64,000 nucleotides of DNA from Tubulanus polymorphus (lineage: Eukaryota; Animalia; Nemertea): positions 7,440,001 to 7,504,000 of the forward strand of contig NC_134025.1 of NCBI RefSeq assembly GCF_964204645.1, read 5' to 3'. Position 1 is the stretch's first letter; the number at the start of each line of letters is the position of its first letter. The notes under the pieces were generated by a model. That model was given only the letters and a program-made list of their open reading frames with translations. It searched no databases and was not told the origin of the DNA. A program made the translations under genes and the position numbers. This document shows, piece by piece, positions 1 through 14,464 of the stretch.

Positions 1-2536
1 TGTATCAAGGGTAAGGACTCATTTTTCTATCGAGAACCAATCCATGTAACTGCCATTGGTTTGTGTATGATACGCGAAGTATAATGAATCATGATTTTGA
101 TTGTAGGTGAATGCTATCCTTAAATCAGTTGAGGAGGATAAAACATCATTACATCAACGACTTATCATAGAACAGGAGTCTCGTAAAGAATTAGAAGGTT
201 AGAAATGAATACCATTGGATCCAGTTCCATAGTCATAGTTGAAAGATTAAACTTATTCAAATAGATCTGTGAACTTGAATGAAATGAAAAAACGTTGATG
301 TAAATGTTACCTGCAGTATTGGCTTATTGTTGCACGATGATTTGTAGATCAAATTGAAAAATTGAAATCCGAGGTTCAAACTTTACAAGAAGGTCACCAT
401 CAGGCAGATAAACAAAGTCAAGAGTCGATGACTAAATTATCCGTATTATCAACATACTTTAAAGAGAAAGAAATGCAGCTTCAAAGGTATGTTTCCACTG
501 AAGTGTGATTAGATACATTCATATTAGTTATGAGATAGTGAGGAAGATTATGTAATTTTCATTTAACCAGAGAGCTCGGAGAGCAGCAGGCCTTACGTAA
601 ACAGACAGAAGGCAAAGCCAGTTTTTCAGATAGTAGATGTGAAGAATTAGAGACAGAAATGTCAATGTATAGGTGAGTTGAATATTAATTTACTGAAGTT
701 TAACAATTCCCAATAACCACTGTTATTTGATTGATTAACTTATTAGAGGAATCAATTCTTCTATTTAATAGACAGCAGATTGAAGATCTTCAAAAAGAGA
801 TATCCAATGTAGAAAGAGATTTTAGAATGCAGGTATACGAATACTGAATTAACACCATTGAACGATATGTGTATTAAAATGTTTAATTATCATTTGCTTA
901 TTCAATGCTTACAACCTCTTTTAAGATATCGGTTCAAGAGAAAAAAGCACATGAGAATTGGGTAGGTTTATATAATCATTTCTACATTCCGTTCGTAGGT
1001 GTGGATATTACTCGATACTGTAATATAATCTTGCTATGATATTTTTTCTTCAGCTTACAGCGCGAGAAGCTGAACGGAAACTCAAAGAAGCTGAACAGAA
1101 TAACACTCTTCTTCGACAAAAGTAAGTTAATTTTGTATGGACATAATAGTATTTGCTCTAGAAAGTAAGCGCGATAAACTATGGGACTGACTCGTGTATT
1201 TCAGGCTTTCCGAGGTTGAAAATCGTAATCACTACGATGGAGTGATTCGACCATTGCCAACAAGGCCCTTACCACCTCCTGGTATGATGAATGGTCCACC
1301 ACCTCCACTACCTCTTGGAGATAGACCTATATCGAGGTCGTCTGGCATGCCCCCTTCACCTTTAATGAGGTAAATAACGATCATACTGACCAAAGAAATG
1401 ATTATCTTTACTTAATACTCTACTTATTGTATACCGGTTACAATTATTTTCAGAGATGCTGAGGTTGTGTCACCTCCGTTTGATAGGATGCCTCCTCCAC
1501 CTCTTGATCGACGACCATTCCTTCCCCCTGACCGGCCATTACCTCCTCGTGGACCTCCGCCTCCGTTAGACAGGCGGCCATATCCTCATCCAGACGGGCG
1601 ATCACCTCCTCTGATCGACCGACGACCATCTATGGACCGCCGGTCGCCGCCCCCTCCATTAGATCGACGACCGATGTCATCAATTGATCGTCGATCTCCG
1701 CCTCCTCCGATGGACCGACGTTTTAGCGACAGACGAAGTCCGCCTCCATATCGACACGCTCCGGATCCACGGATGGCGCCGCCTGGGGTTAGTCCGGTGC
1801 CGTACATGCCCCCTCAAGGTCCTCCACCACGAGGTCCACCTCCACACAGAAGAGATCTTGATCGAGGTAAGTTGAAAAATTTCATTAATATGTCTTTAGT
1901 GGGAGGTTTATAGTGATACACTGGTTATTGTATAATCTATGTTGTTTGTCTGGTGTGGATGGTATAAATGATAAAAGTCCTGTGTTGTGTATTATATGTT
2001 AGGTGGAAAAAAAGGTGCCAAGAATGTATGATTATCAGGTATACAATCTTCATTAACATGTGGCAGCATGTTATATAATGCTATGATCTATATACATGTA
2101 GTTATCTTGTTCTTTATGAACTCCTGATATTTTTTATCCTGGCCTGTAGTATGAATTTTCTAATGTTCAAGCTCAAATTACATTTTCTATAAGGAATTAA
2201 CTGCATGCACATTTAGGGCTCATCCATTTATTTCATCCTTCAGTATTTACTTCCCTTCACTTTTGTAATAAATGGATGACCCTTTAGCTCTGCAATTTCT
2301 AGCTTATGTTGTATTAATCTTCATAGACTTCATTCTTAGTAGTGGATTTTGGTGAAAGATTATTGACACACTATCCAAATATTGAGTTTCTGATAATTTT
2401 CTGCATTGTTATTTCAGGTCCACCATTCCCAGGGCGACCATCACCCTATCATCATCCACATTATATGCAGTCACCACCACAAAATAACAGCAACCATAGT
2501 AGCAACCACAGCGCTGAAAATCCATCGGATGTATAG
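1..2536 (+). CDS. MIA3: MIA3/TANGO1 (cTAGE5 family) C-terminal part: coiled coil plus proline-rich domain; 5'-truncated, multi-exon
   Basis: Spliced exons (e.g. 107-197, ~348-486, ~928-961, ~1054-1121, ~1455-1866, 2418-2536) give ...YFKEKEMQLQR...QEKKAHENW|LTAREAERKL..., the cTAGE/TANGO1 hallmark, followed by PPP-rich tail; stop TAG 2534-2536. Confidence 0.85.
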
Positions 2537-4143
2537 TTTAAATAGCATTTAGGGAGAATAATTGTGATAAATGTCTCGATGGATAGACCTTTATGTTAAT
2601 TATGGAAATGGAATCATTAGTGCTAGTCAATAATTAGATGACAGTTTTTAATAATCTTAACTTTTCTTCTTTCTGACTCACTAAACTGAACTACTCAATA
2701 TTATTCTTTTTCTTTTCTTTAATTCACGCTAATCTCATTTATTGGGTTGTGGATAAAACTCTTTTTATTTAGTTTAGGTTAGTTTTTCGTTTTATTTTTC
2801 AATGCATATGGAATACTCAATACATGTAATGATAGGTAATAAATTGTCCGTAGCTGCTGAAATGTTTTAAGGTGTTTCCTGCAATGTTGCAATTTTCAAG
2901 GCTTTGTTAATATTGTTAGCTGAGTTAATACGTTAAACAGTTCATTGATACTGATTCTGGACCAGAATCAGTACTGATCTGATTCTGATATGTTTTAGAA
3001 TTTTGTTTCTACCACGTAGTACTTACTTGCATAATTTTTGCACAATTCAGTGGATTCAAAGAATCTGTTGATTGAAATCTAACGTGATATTTAGTGAAAG
3101 GAATAATTACTCAAGATTAGCTAGGTATCAATGATGCCAAGGGTATTGACATTTTGAAAAGTCTTAATGTGTGGTGTCAAAATTATTTGTGGCAAATATA
3201 CCCTATATTCTTCGCTGCAAAGATTCTAGTCATAATGTTGATATTATTATTAATTGTTAACTGCATGCAACAAAAAATCTATTGATAATCTATTTGCATT
3301 AAAATTTCTTTGAGGCAAAATTCCCTCTTGAGTTCACAAAAATTCGTATGGAATTGCTCAAGTGTATGATCAGCTTTGTTGAGTAATCCAACAATGTCTA
3401 CTCCGTGTTGGTCATATTGAATGTTGATATGTTTTTTGATATGAAAAAATTTAAGTTATTTGAGAAATATGAGGTGCCTCATCACAGACACAACATATCG
3501 TGTATATTTATTCATTATGTATTTTAACTTCTCTTAAATCGCCTAAAGGCACACGGTGCATATGTGGTAAATATGTAATTATGGTGTAACCACTATTAGC
3601 AGAAATTTCCTTTCATCATCTTGTATCCTGTTCAAGCTGTAAGGAGGGCTTGCTGAAGAATTGAGGTTGTTGATGTATATTTTGGTATGAGATGTAAATA
3701 TTACGACAGATACATTGATTATTATAAGAATGAATGTGTGTAAAATGTAATATTTAATTGCAAAATAAATGATGATTTGTAGATAATTTGAGAACTTCTT
3801 TAATGGATCTAAAATTCAGGATTCGATCCCGCAATTTACGGCCGCTAAGAAATAGCTACTTGAAGGTCGCGGAGTGGAGGTATTGCGCAATGACACCTGT
3901 CTAGTCTCAATAAACGTAACCACCATAATACGTGTCTATGTTTCCTTTGTCTCGACTAATTGTATCAAATTAAATACGGTGCTTAGAAATAATTAAGGTT
4001 AGAATAGAGAAGTCCAACATATTGAGAGAAATGTTATTATTTCACTTGATTAAGGTCTGGAAGATCTGTTCCCATTCAAATAAAATATATGTCGTACTAA
4101 TTACCAAATGGAAACTTTTATCGCCTAGGCTAAAAAGCGTAAG

Positions 4144-5585
4144 ATGAGCGTTTTACAGAAACAAGGTGATGGATACGACATTGAATATGATAGTGACGAA
4201 GAGCCCGTGAGGTAAGTTATTTCACCGTTGAGTTAGGCCTGCTGTTGGGGTTCTATTTGGATGACCTAAATAAAAAGGGAAGAAGAAGACATTTCATCCC
4301 TATTCCATGCAATGCCTCAGTCAGTGATATGCTTGATTAATGATTAAAATCTTTTCTTTTAGTTCTGGATCTGATGATGAACTCAACACTTATCTCGTCG
4401 GAGATAAAAATTCTCAAAAAAAGAAACCACGACAGACACTGAAGCGACGTCATAAGCTTAATGACAAAAATGCCGAAGAAACTAGCAGCAGTGACGACGA
4501 TTTTGAGAAAGAAATGAAGGAAGAACTGAATAAAACCGTCGATAATCTGGAGGGTCGACTCAAAGTAAACTGTAAGTTGTATTTCATAGAAAAAGATGAA
4601 GTTTTGTCTGACTGAAATTAATTTTAAGGAAATGAATATTTTTACAATTTCAGCTTCAGAAGCGAGCTGTTCTGCTGGTAAGAGCGGCACAGCAAATCAA
4701 GCGAAAAAATTCTATGATGATATTTATTTCGATTCAGACGAGTCTAATTCTGAAGAAATGGATTCAACTTCCCCCGCCAAAAAGTCAGGTATTTTGAACT
4801 TTTGAGGCATTGATTGGAAAGAGTCCCAAGTCTGCGTACGGGGTACTAATCAACTCAGACTTGGTTCATTTACAGAAAAGTCAAATCATCCGGTTTTTTC
4901 AAACGATGATCTGTTGTACGATCCTCAAATGGATGACGATGATCAGAAATGGATCGATAATCAGCGCAGCAGATGTCGCCCGGCAATTAAAGCATCGAAA
5001 AACGATAAGAAGCATTCTAAAACTGACGCGGTACTCAACTGTCCTGCTTGTATGACCACAGTATGTCTGGATTGTCAAAGGTATTTCAAAATAATCTATT
5101 TACAGTGGAACCTTGTGATGACAAACTCAGATAAAACAATAATAGAATTCCATCCAACTGGAATTAACTGACGATTGGTTAAAATGAAAAAATTTTTTGT
5201 CCAGTTTATTGTAACGAGGTTCTGTATACCATACAAAATACAAATACCCAAAATTAGTTGGTAAAAATTTCAGAATATTTTCTTCCTTGCATGTATAATC
5301 CATATATTCAAGATTTTAAAATTAATCTTTTTCAGGCACGAGCTCTACAACAATCAGTACAGAGCTATGTTTGTACTGAACTGCGATGTGGATTATACTC
5401 AACAACTGAAATATCCCGTCAAATCAAAGAAAAAGAAAACCAAACGATCGGATAATACGGACTCGGAAAATAGCGATATGGATTTATATCATCCTGTAAA
5501 ATGTACTGAATGTCAGACGGAGGTGGCAGTCATGGATAAAGACGAAGTTTTTCATTTTTTCAATGTTTTAACCAGTTATTCATAG
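4144..5585 (+). CDS. EAPP: E2F-associated phosphoprotein (multi-exon)
   Basis: ATG 4144; exons encode YDDIYFDSD, NDDLLYDPQMDDDDQKW, TDAVLNCPACMTTVCLDCQRHE..YRAMFVLNC, YHPVKCTECQTEVAVMDKDEVFHFFNVL; stop TAG 5583-5585; AATAAA 5635-5640. Confidence 0.93.
5103..5224. mobile_element. Short Tc1/mariner(pogo)-like MITE remnant in EAPP intron
   Basis: TA-CAGTGGAACCTTGTGATGAC ... ATTGTAACGAGGTTCTG-TA imperfect terminal inverted repeats flanked by TA. Confidence 0.5.
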
Positions 5586-5894
5586 TGAACTTGTGATGTG
5601 AATTTTATAAACTGGTAGGCCTATGTGCTCTTATAATAAAGGTACGTAATGAAATGTTGCAGTATCTCCTTGTGCGTGAGAAATTGGAATAATAGAGTTA
5701 AATACAAAATCAGAAACAGATAAGTTGTGAAAAATATTCCCTTTATTGAAGACTACGTTCTATAAAAAAGATTTACATTTACGCAAGTCACCGTGGTCAA
5801 TAATTAATGCAATGAGTACAAATAGTTATCTAGTGTAATGATAATCTACCAGTGGTGGTGGATGACTTTGTTCGGTTTACAACAGAGATCGTTT

Positions 5895-8377
5895 TTAGTC
5901 CTGTGAAAGTTTAGCTTGCTTTAGCCAGTGACCGATTCGTGAAGATATTTCCTAAAACGAGCAATATATTTTAGTATTAGTCTTTTTCTGGAAATTAACT
6001 TAAAAAATTTTTCATTACATATTGACACTATTGTTTGCGTCAAACTTAGGAAAATTCCATTTACTTATCGAACACATATTTTGTATACTCACAATCCTGG
6101 CAATTTTAAGTGGCTCTGGATCTGTTGGCATACTCGATCGCATATTGGCGCAATGTGCAGTACCATTTATGTAAATAGAAATTTCACTGGCACTCGCATC
6201 TTTGAGTACACTTAGTGCATGCCATGGATCTATCGAACCTAGATTGTACAAATTTTGAAAAATGTACGATCTTCCAATATATTTAGCAAACATTCAACTA
6301 CCTGCATTCTATCAACTTACCATTGACAAACACGATTCTGCTGCCTTTTGGTCGATCAGCTCCATAGTAATCATTAGAGAATTGAATACGCTTATCAACG
6401 AGGTATCCGGGAATTTTGAATACCATCGTGCAGATGTCAATATTCGGTTGTAAGGTCATATATTTAGAGAAAATGCAGTCGGTATTCTGATCACAGGTCT
6501 GATCTAGAATTCAAATAGAAGAAATTCTTAATACGGAACAATTATTTTGAAAGAGGTATCCTGCCTGATATTTTCTATGCCGTTACTTACAATATCCAAA
6601 CTGCGTACAAGTTTGATAAAGCCACTGGCGCAGTCCCACTCCTTCAGCAATAGCATGTGTGTTCATTACTTGTTTCAGAAAGTGTGCCCATGAATTGTCC
6701 GTACAGTTGGAACCTTGCTCTTTCAAAAGTTCCTAGAATTGAGAGCAAAAAGCTTGCTTTTCAACTGGAAAAAAAATTAGATTGAAACATCTTCATTATA
6801 AAATTTGTATGCTATCTTCTCTGTTACCTGATTGAGAACTTTCAGATTTTCATAACCGTCTGAAGATTTTTCCATTCGTTGACAAATTCGCTCGACATTC
6901 AGTCCCGGAACTTCATTGTTGTATTGAACAACACCCATGAAATTACCAGCTAGATTACTCACTAACTGATTGATATCATACATATTCGACAATGGTTGAC
7001 AGGATCTGAAATCCTTTTCTAGAATTGAATACTGTTTACTGCTGATTAACTTGTCAATTTTCTTGAAAGCAGCTTTTACCATTTCAACGCACTACAATGA
7101 AAATTCAAAAAGCATTTCAAAATGATACCCAGAATTCTACCAAGATTTCAGTGAAATTTGCTTTTACCTTTTTTGAACCCTTCACGACTGGATCTCCTAA
7201 ACTTGCGGCTACTACATTATTATATCCTTGAAAGTTTGTTTGGGCTCGAACTGGAGCTGATGAAGCAATCGAACCGAATACAAGATGTGGGTACTGTAAA
7301 AGAAATGAAAGAGTTAGAACAAAATTATGGGGTCATCAAAGATGATACATTATTAGATAGCATAAACGCTGGTGAAAAATCAATACCTTTAATCTAAACC
7401 AAGCTGAAAGGGCTCCAGGATAAGATCCACCAAAACAAATCCAAGTGTTCTTAGATGTCAGTTGGTATTTTTCAACAGTGTGGTGATGAAAACTGGCTAA
7501 ATCTGCCAAACTGTAATTGACAGATCACACATAACACTATGTGATACATTTTATTGTCTTTTCAGAATCACTTTTTCATTGAACTTACGCTTGTTGACTG
7601 GACAAATATTGAATATACTCCAACTCTAAACCGTCATCATTAACACTTTTACCGTAAAAACGATGCTCCACTGCTAATAACAGTGCTCCATACTTTTCTG
7701 CCAATTCCACAATATGCCCTTAATGAAGTGAAAATTAATATTTAAAAAAATCTAACAGCCAGAAAATGGATATCTAAAATTTTTGAAAACTAAGATATCT
7801 ACCATTTTGAATAGCGAGACTGCTCAGAGCTCCTTCTCCGCCGATGTATAAGAAAACAGGTCCATCTGGTTTTCTCCAGAATTCATCATTGGCCCAATGC
7901 CTCTGTTGATATGTCAACTGCAAAAATATTCAGTGTGTTTCTGTTTGAGGTAACAGTACCTTTCATATTTGCATACAGTACATCGCTAATATATACTGTG
8001 GCAGGCTTTGCGAAGTGTTACTTACTGTCACTCTTGGATCGAAATGGTCGAGAGGTTGAGTCAAATACTCCGGTTCGATCTCAACACTTCCCGTAAACGA
8101 TGGCATCGTGAACCGATTTCGTTCTTTCAATTTCAAAATATCAGATTCGCGTTTATAGTTTTCGACTCGTTCTCGTATTTTAAGAAAGTTACCACCTGAA
8201 ATTCATTATAAAATCAAAATGAACATATTTCGTGTGTTGAAAATTCTTATTCCCAAATGAAATCACAAAAAAGTATATCCGGCTTTGTCTCTTACCCATC
8301 AATCCTAAAGTAGGTGCGATCAAACAAATACCTATCATCAAAACACATATACACTCAAATTTCATAATCACAGCCAT
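5895..8377 (-). CDS. Peptidase S28 family serine protease (PRSS16/K12H4.7-like), secreted/lysosomal; multi-exon
   Basis: Signal peptide [25 protein letters not shown]; [23 protein letters not shown], catalytic [47 protein letters not shown]; stop TAA at 5895-5897. Confidence 0.92.
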
Positions 8378-8503
8378 ATTGGTTAATGGCTTTTCGAAGA
8401 GTTATCAAAAGTCTAAACGAACTATTTGATCTAATGATAAAAAGTAAAGGATCAAATATTTATATAGCAGTAGCAGACAGCTGATCAACAACCGGGTGAC
8501 AAA

Positions 8504-8511
8504 TCATGTGA
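8504..8511. promoter_or_regulatory. M-box/CLEAR-like E-box TCATGTGA in the ~330 bp bidirectional promoter of peptidase S28 / SGPP1
   Basis: TCATGTGA seen between the two divergent ATGs (8377 and 8705); matches MiT/TFE consensus. Confidence 0.35.
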
Positions 8512-8704
8512 TCAGCCCTTGGTTGTACTAATTATCGAGCGAAACATAGTAAATTCGGTAGCAATGCTCCACATTAGTTCAAGGACACAGCTGTCAAATC
8601 TGGTATATTTATACATGCACAGATGTACTTTTATCAGTTAGTCATAGACTATCGGCACTCTCACACGATGGTGCAGTGCTGAAACCAGTTGAGTAGTAGT
8701 GAAC

Positions 8705-10765
8705 ATGGCATTGTTACGCCGAACCTACGAGCTTTTGAAAGCACCTGAACCAGTGCTACATTTTCAGCACCTGTGCGGGGTCAGGTTTGAGAGCGGTTTG
8801 GGAAATGCTCGAGTTGGTAAGAGCCAGCACAATCATCATCATCACGAAAGAAATTCTGATGTAGGAGGACTAACTACCGGCTGTGCCAATGAGGCCAGTG
8901 ATGTTGACAAGGGATGTAATGGCCACTCTCAAAATGTACATGAATTGAGATCCAGAACATTGGCAACTTTACCAACTGCTGCAGAAATTGAAGTTGACAA
9001 AGAAAAGCGCAAAAAAGATAATTCTTCCTCATCATTGGAAAACGATGATGAATATAATTTTGTTATAGAAGACTCATTCATTTACCACTTGCTTTACTAT
9101 CTATTTTCGTTCGGAGCAAACCTTGGAAATGAAGTGTTTTATTGTACGTTTTTTCCGTTCTGGTTTTGGAATGTCGATAGCTACGTATTTCGACGCGTTA
9201 TAACTCTCTGGTTCGTGACGCTTTATTCGGGTCAAGTTTTAAAAGATATAATTCGGTGGCCGCGACCGCCGAGTCCGCCAGTGATACGAATGGAAAAACG
9301 ATACGAGAAGGAATACGGAATGCCTTCCACTCACGCGATGGTCGGGTTCATCATTCCTTTTGCTCTGCTTTATCTAACAATGCATAGATATGAGGTAGGT
9401 CTATGCGCTCTTAACCAGCAAATATTGATTCATTGATTTAGAGCTAAATTATCCATTGATTCATAAGATGAACTCGAGCGTTATTTATTGAACTATTTGT
9501 CTTCTTTTCATTTTGTAGTACGACTTCTCAATAGGTCTCACAATATGCGTATGCTGGACTTCACTGGTCAGTTTAAGTCGTTTGTACTTGGGAATGCATT
9601 CAATATTGGTAAGTTATCAGAGACCCGAGTAAATATGTCTAAGCATTCAGATGAGTATTGATATTATCTCCTGCATTGTGATGATCGACTATTCATACAA
9701 GGCTGAGGTCAAAGTGCAACTGCAGGAACTTCATTTAGTTTGACCAAAAATTTTCTGTTAAACCAGGACGTGTTAAGACAAAAACTGGATTTGTACCAGA
9801 TGGAGTTATAGGGGATTGCTATAGGCCTATTTTGACCCTAATCACTGATATAGTTGACTTGACTCAGAAATTGACTAAAGATAAATGAAATTATGTTTAT
9901 ATCCTTCACTGGTATAAACTAAATGCTTTTTTTAGTGATAAGCTTTTGAACTTCATTATATAATTCATTGACAGGTTGGGTCAAGTTCCATTTGATACAT
10001 TACATTATTTACCTCGTATGTCAATATTATCGTTGAACTTTAAAGTTTCAAAGGGACAATCTTGTGCAATTTGTTATGAATATAAGATATAAATTATATC
10101 CCGTGCTTTAATCTTCAAATCAAAGGGTCAAGCTTATTTACCTGCTTTGCTTAGTATTATTTTGAACTTTCTGTACAATATTGTATTTTTAGGATATAAT
10201 ATGTGGTCTAATGTGTTCGATGGCTATCCTTCCACTAGGGGCGCCGTATCTGGATATAATCGACGAGTTTCTGTTGTCAAGTCGTTACGCGCCGGTCGTT
10301 ATTATTTTCGGCCCGATTGCCGTGTTGTGTTGTCTCAGCCCGCTGTTTGAACGAGGTAACTGTACACTCGGCGACACGGTACAGACTATATCCGTTTACG
10401 CGGGCGTAATGCTCGGTTCGTGGTTTACTCACCACTTCAGCGCTAACGCCGGGCCTGTCGATCCTCCGCCCTACGCGGTCACGCTACCGGACGCGACGTG
10501 GTTCGGATCGATGTTGTTACGTACTTGTCTCGGTGTTCTGTTTCTGATCGCGACGCGGGCCGTGATGAAGCCTCTGATGTTTTATACGATGTGCACGATT
10601 CTACGTTTTGACCGCGACGATCCGAAAACCAAACAGCACATTCTCGTCGAACTTCCGTATAAGTTTGTCGCGTACACGATTGTAACATTTAATGTGGCTT
10701 TTCTTGCGCCGTGTATGTTTCAATACCTGGGAATTGAACGAATCAGTTTTTACTATGAATTCTAG
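8705..10765 (+). CDS. SGPP1: Sphingosine-1-phosphate phosphatase (PAP2 family), 3 coding exons
   Basis: Exons ~8705-9393, ~9519-9608, ~10193-10765; motifs LGNEVFY, KDIIRWPRP, EYGMPSTHAM, SRLYLGMHSILD; stop TAG 10763-10765; long 3' UTR to AATAAA ~13183-13197. Confidence 0.93.
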
Positions 10766-13650
10766 CTGTTATTAGCAATTCTCAAGATTTGTACGATTTT
10801 TTAAGCCTAATCAGTACATTGCTTCATTGAATTGTACATGTTATGTCTTTAAGTTTATGATGTATGTTCATGATTTAATAATGCATATGTAGTTTTAGTA
10901 ATTCGTAATACCTAGCTTGATGATTGTTTGTTGGTAAATTCCTTTTCCAATTCATATCTACTCATATCATTTTACACCATGCATTAATTGTACAGAAATA
11001 CTTTTGAAAAGTTATACCCTGCCATGAAGCCAAACTGAGCATATCATCAATGGACAATTTCATTTTCATCACCCCATTGTATTAATATAAAGATGTGATC
11101 AAAAGTAAACCTATTGATCAGTATTGAAAACATGCTTTGAGGGCTGAAGTCAGGGAGATGTTACTAGGTTGGTTGGTATTTGTCTAATCGTAGCCTCAAT
11201 CATAATGGTGAGCTGAATGCCCTCAAATGTAGTATCAAATTCGCTATGAATCATTGCTTGTTGTTTGGCTACGTCTCAGTAATAAGTGTGTATTACGTAA
11301 ACTGAAGAGATTCATTGAGACTATATGAAATATACAACTGTATTTGAATTTCAGTTGCCTGGATATTTTAATACAAGCATATTAATGTTCTTTTCTGATC
11401 TCAAAGCATACGTACATATCGAATTTATTTCCAATCCATTTTAATATTTTTTTTAAATGTTAATTTACTGCATTCCTCTGTGGTAAGTTTTTTGGTTAAT
11501 GGCCTTTTCCATCGTGCAATGATACCTCATTTTATAGCCGATGTATGTAATGGACATTCCATATGAAAGCTCTCTTTTGCATTCTATTCATCTAGGCTGT
11601 TTTTGGCTGTTGTGAAAACGAATACCGGTGACTGACAAAAATTGTACATATTCCAATGAAATTATGCAATAAAGCACAGGACAGGACAATCATTCATAAT
11701 CATCATGTAGAAAAAAATATAAATTTTAATGTTAGATTTCCTTGGTTGCACTGATGAACATTTTTGTCCGGTTTGCTAATGTACTGATAAAAAGAGGTTG
11801 TAAATTAAGGATTCATGATAAAGTTAGAATCTACTGTGTGTATCTTATGAAATTTTTTATAAATCTTGTAAATTTGTAGGTTTAGTAATTCATAGATGAA
11901 GTGCCTCTTCGGAAAATTCTCCATTGTTAATTCTAAATTTTAGATATTGTAGAATTACAAATTGTATGTGTAATATATTGTATGCAGGCGTGCTGTCTTT
12001 TTTAGGAATGATTATTCTTTTAAGTGTCTTCCAGGTGTGGATATGTAGCATACATGTATGAATTGTGAATGGAGAATGAATGATTTCAAATACTATTCTG
12101 TATGTAGTTGTGATATCTTGCATTTTTATCAATCATGGATTATGCAATGTGCTTCCATATTTTTACTATGTAATTTTCTCAGGTGTTTATGTGAGCGAAA
12201 ATATTTTTAAGATCGTATGTTTTTTGCAGCAGTAGAAGTTGTGAATGAATGAATGAGCATGAATTTGAAAATTTCATTTTGATAGTGAATTTCTACATAT
12301 AATTCAGTAATATTACGTATACATATCATTTTCAATGACAACAAAATGAATTGCATACAAATTTGATAGGGTTTTCACAGCTTCAAATAGTATATACATG
12401 GGATGTATGTAATCCTTGTTTCAACAGTAACTACAATGCATGTTGAACCATAAGATTGAAATTAGTCACCCAATGAATTTATCACATATGTTCATGATAT
12501 GATTACTATTTCGTTTCATTCATCAATAAAATTTAGATTGCATAATGTGAAGCTAACTAATGGACTTCCAGACTATGCACTTAGTATGGCAATGTGTGAC
12601 CTGTATTCTAAATCCAAAGTCAAGTAGTGGAACTTTGAACATCATACGTTTATTAACTTTGGATCCATTGTGGAATCTTTCAAATCATCTAGATTACTTG
12701 TCCAAGATATGGAATATCAACTTCTGTAAAATGTAGAATCCTCTGCTTGGTCTCAAAGTTTCCTGCGATGATTGTTGTTTTTCTTTTGATCTAGTCTATT
12801 GTGTACGTTTAATATAATTGTTATACTTGTATATTTATGCAATACAGTAGATATTGAGATATTTAATAACAATAGATTTTGCAGTGTTTTATCATAGGAT
12901 CTTCAAGTATTTATGAACAACTTCTTAATCTCTTTTCAATATTATGTACTTTGATTAACGGATGACGGATAAAGTCAAAACCGCATAATTCATTTACTAC
13001 CAAAGAAATTGATCCAGTTTTGGTGAAATCTGAATTTTAAAACATCAAATTTTGTATAAATGTATGTATAAGTGGACTATAAATGACATCTGCATTAGAT
13101 CAAAATCCGGATAAAACTAATCCTGATTAAGAAAGTTTGACTGCAATAACTTTAATGCTCAATGTACATGCAGTAAAAAACCAATAAAAGAAATAAATGG
13201 AAGGTATAAATAGAATGGGCTGTTCTCTTAATGTTCTTCCATTGTCACTCTCTGCATTTGCACCAAGGAACCATAGATGAAACCAAGGTGAAACTAAGGA
13301 AATATCGAAAACTTGTTCTAATCTAGCATGCTAAAATTGATAAGTTAACAAGATTTAGAAAATTATTTAAATTTTGTTTTATTTTTACTATACATTTTAG
13401 TTATAATTATATCATTCATATAAAAGCATACTTTTCATTTCAATACAGATATAATCTCCAAGCACATTCAATGCATTTGTCACAGTTTACACCACAAGTT
13501 TAGTTCAAAATTGGAGCCGCAACAAGATACAAAAATATCTGACTTCTGCATTGACTAGAAGAATTAATATACCATTATAGCATATTTTAATGATAGTTTT
13601 CACTACCAATATTTAACAGATGTATAATCAATTAATACAAATACAAGCAT

Positions 13651-14464
13651 TTATTCATGTGTCTGGTAGGAATTAAGTTTTCCTTCTATCTCTTGTAAAC
13701 TAGACAAAACTGAAGAAAGCTTAGATTCATCCATCTCAAATGTTAGAACATCGTCATCCTGAAATGTAAAAAACATGAAAATGAATATCAAACCTACTGG
13801 GTACACTCAAATCCTAAAATCCAAAATGGGATGACCGTAGTCGATAGATGTTTACTTTTTTGCGATTATTTGAAAACTGTAATTCCATGATAGCAGTTGG
13901 TGTGTTGATTTGATCAGAACTACGAGTCTGCGATTTAATGTCTATTCTCCAACAAATATTCTTCAGTCTATTACTCCAAATGGATTGAGAAACCATTTTT
14001 TCGTGCACTTTGTTTTTGTGCGTCTTCCAAAACTTGATGTATGCTTTCGACTGTTCAGCTGTAATTGCGCCTTCTTTCCTGCGAGTTTGCGATGTAAGAA
14101 AGGCGTCCAATTGATTAAAATCCATATCTGCCGATGCAATACTCTGTCAAATGAAGTAAAAACATATCGCTCAATTGTAAAATTGTCATTAACGCTCAAT
14201 AAATTCATTGATTAAAACCAAGAGATCTTTTTACTATAAAAACCTAATAATCGTTGATATGAATAAAGAATCATTAAAAGGAGGAGGCGGAGGTACCTTT
14301 ATCAAGCTGACATTTCTGTCAAATATTTGCTTGAATTGTTCCTCTGTTAAATCAGGATAGATTTGATTGTTTAAAAACGACTCGGTGATCTCATCTCCTT
14401 CATCATAATATATACGCCTTACTAGGCCGTTCAGTAGACCTTGGAATCTCTTTTCTTCGTCCAT
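13651..14464 (-). CDS. COMMD1: COMM domain-containing protein 1, 3 exons (14297-14464, 13856-14143, 13651-~13758)
   Basis: GLLNGL..ITESFL...YP, SIASADMDFNQLDAFLTSQT, KFWKTHK.K, WRIDIKSQTR..QINTPTAIMELQ. Confidence 0.93.
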
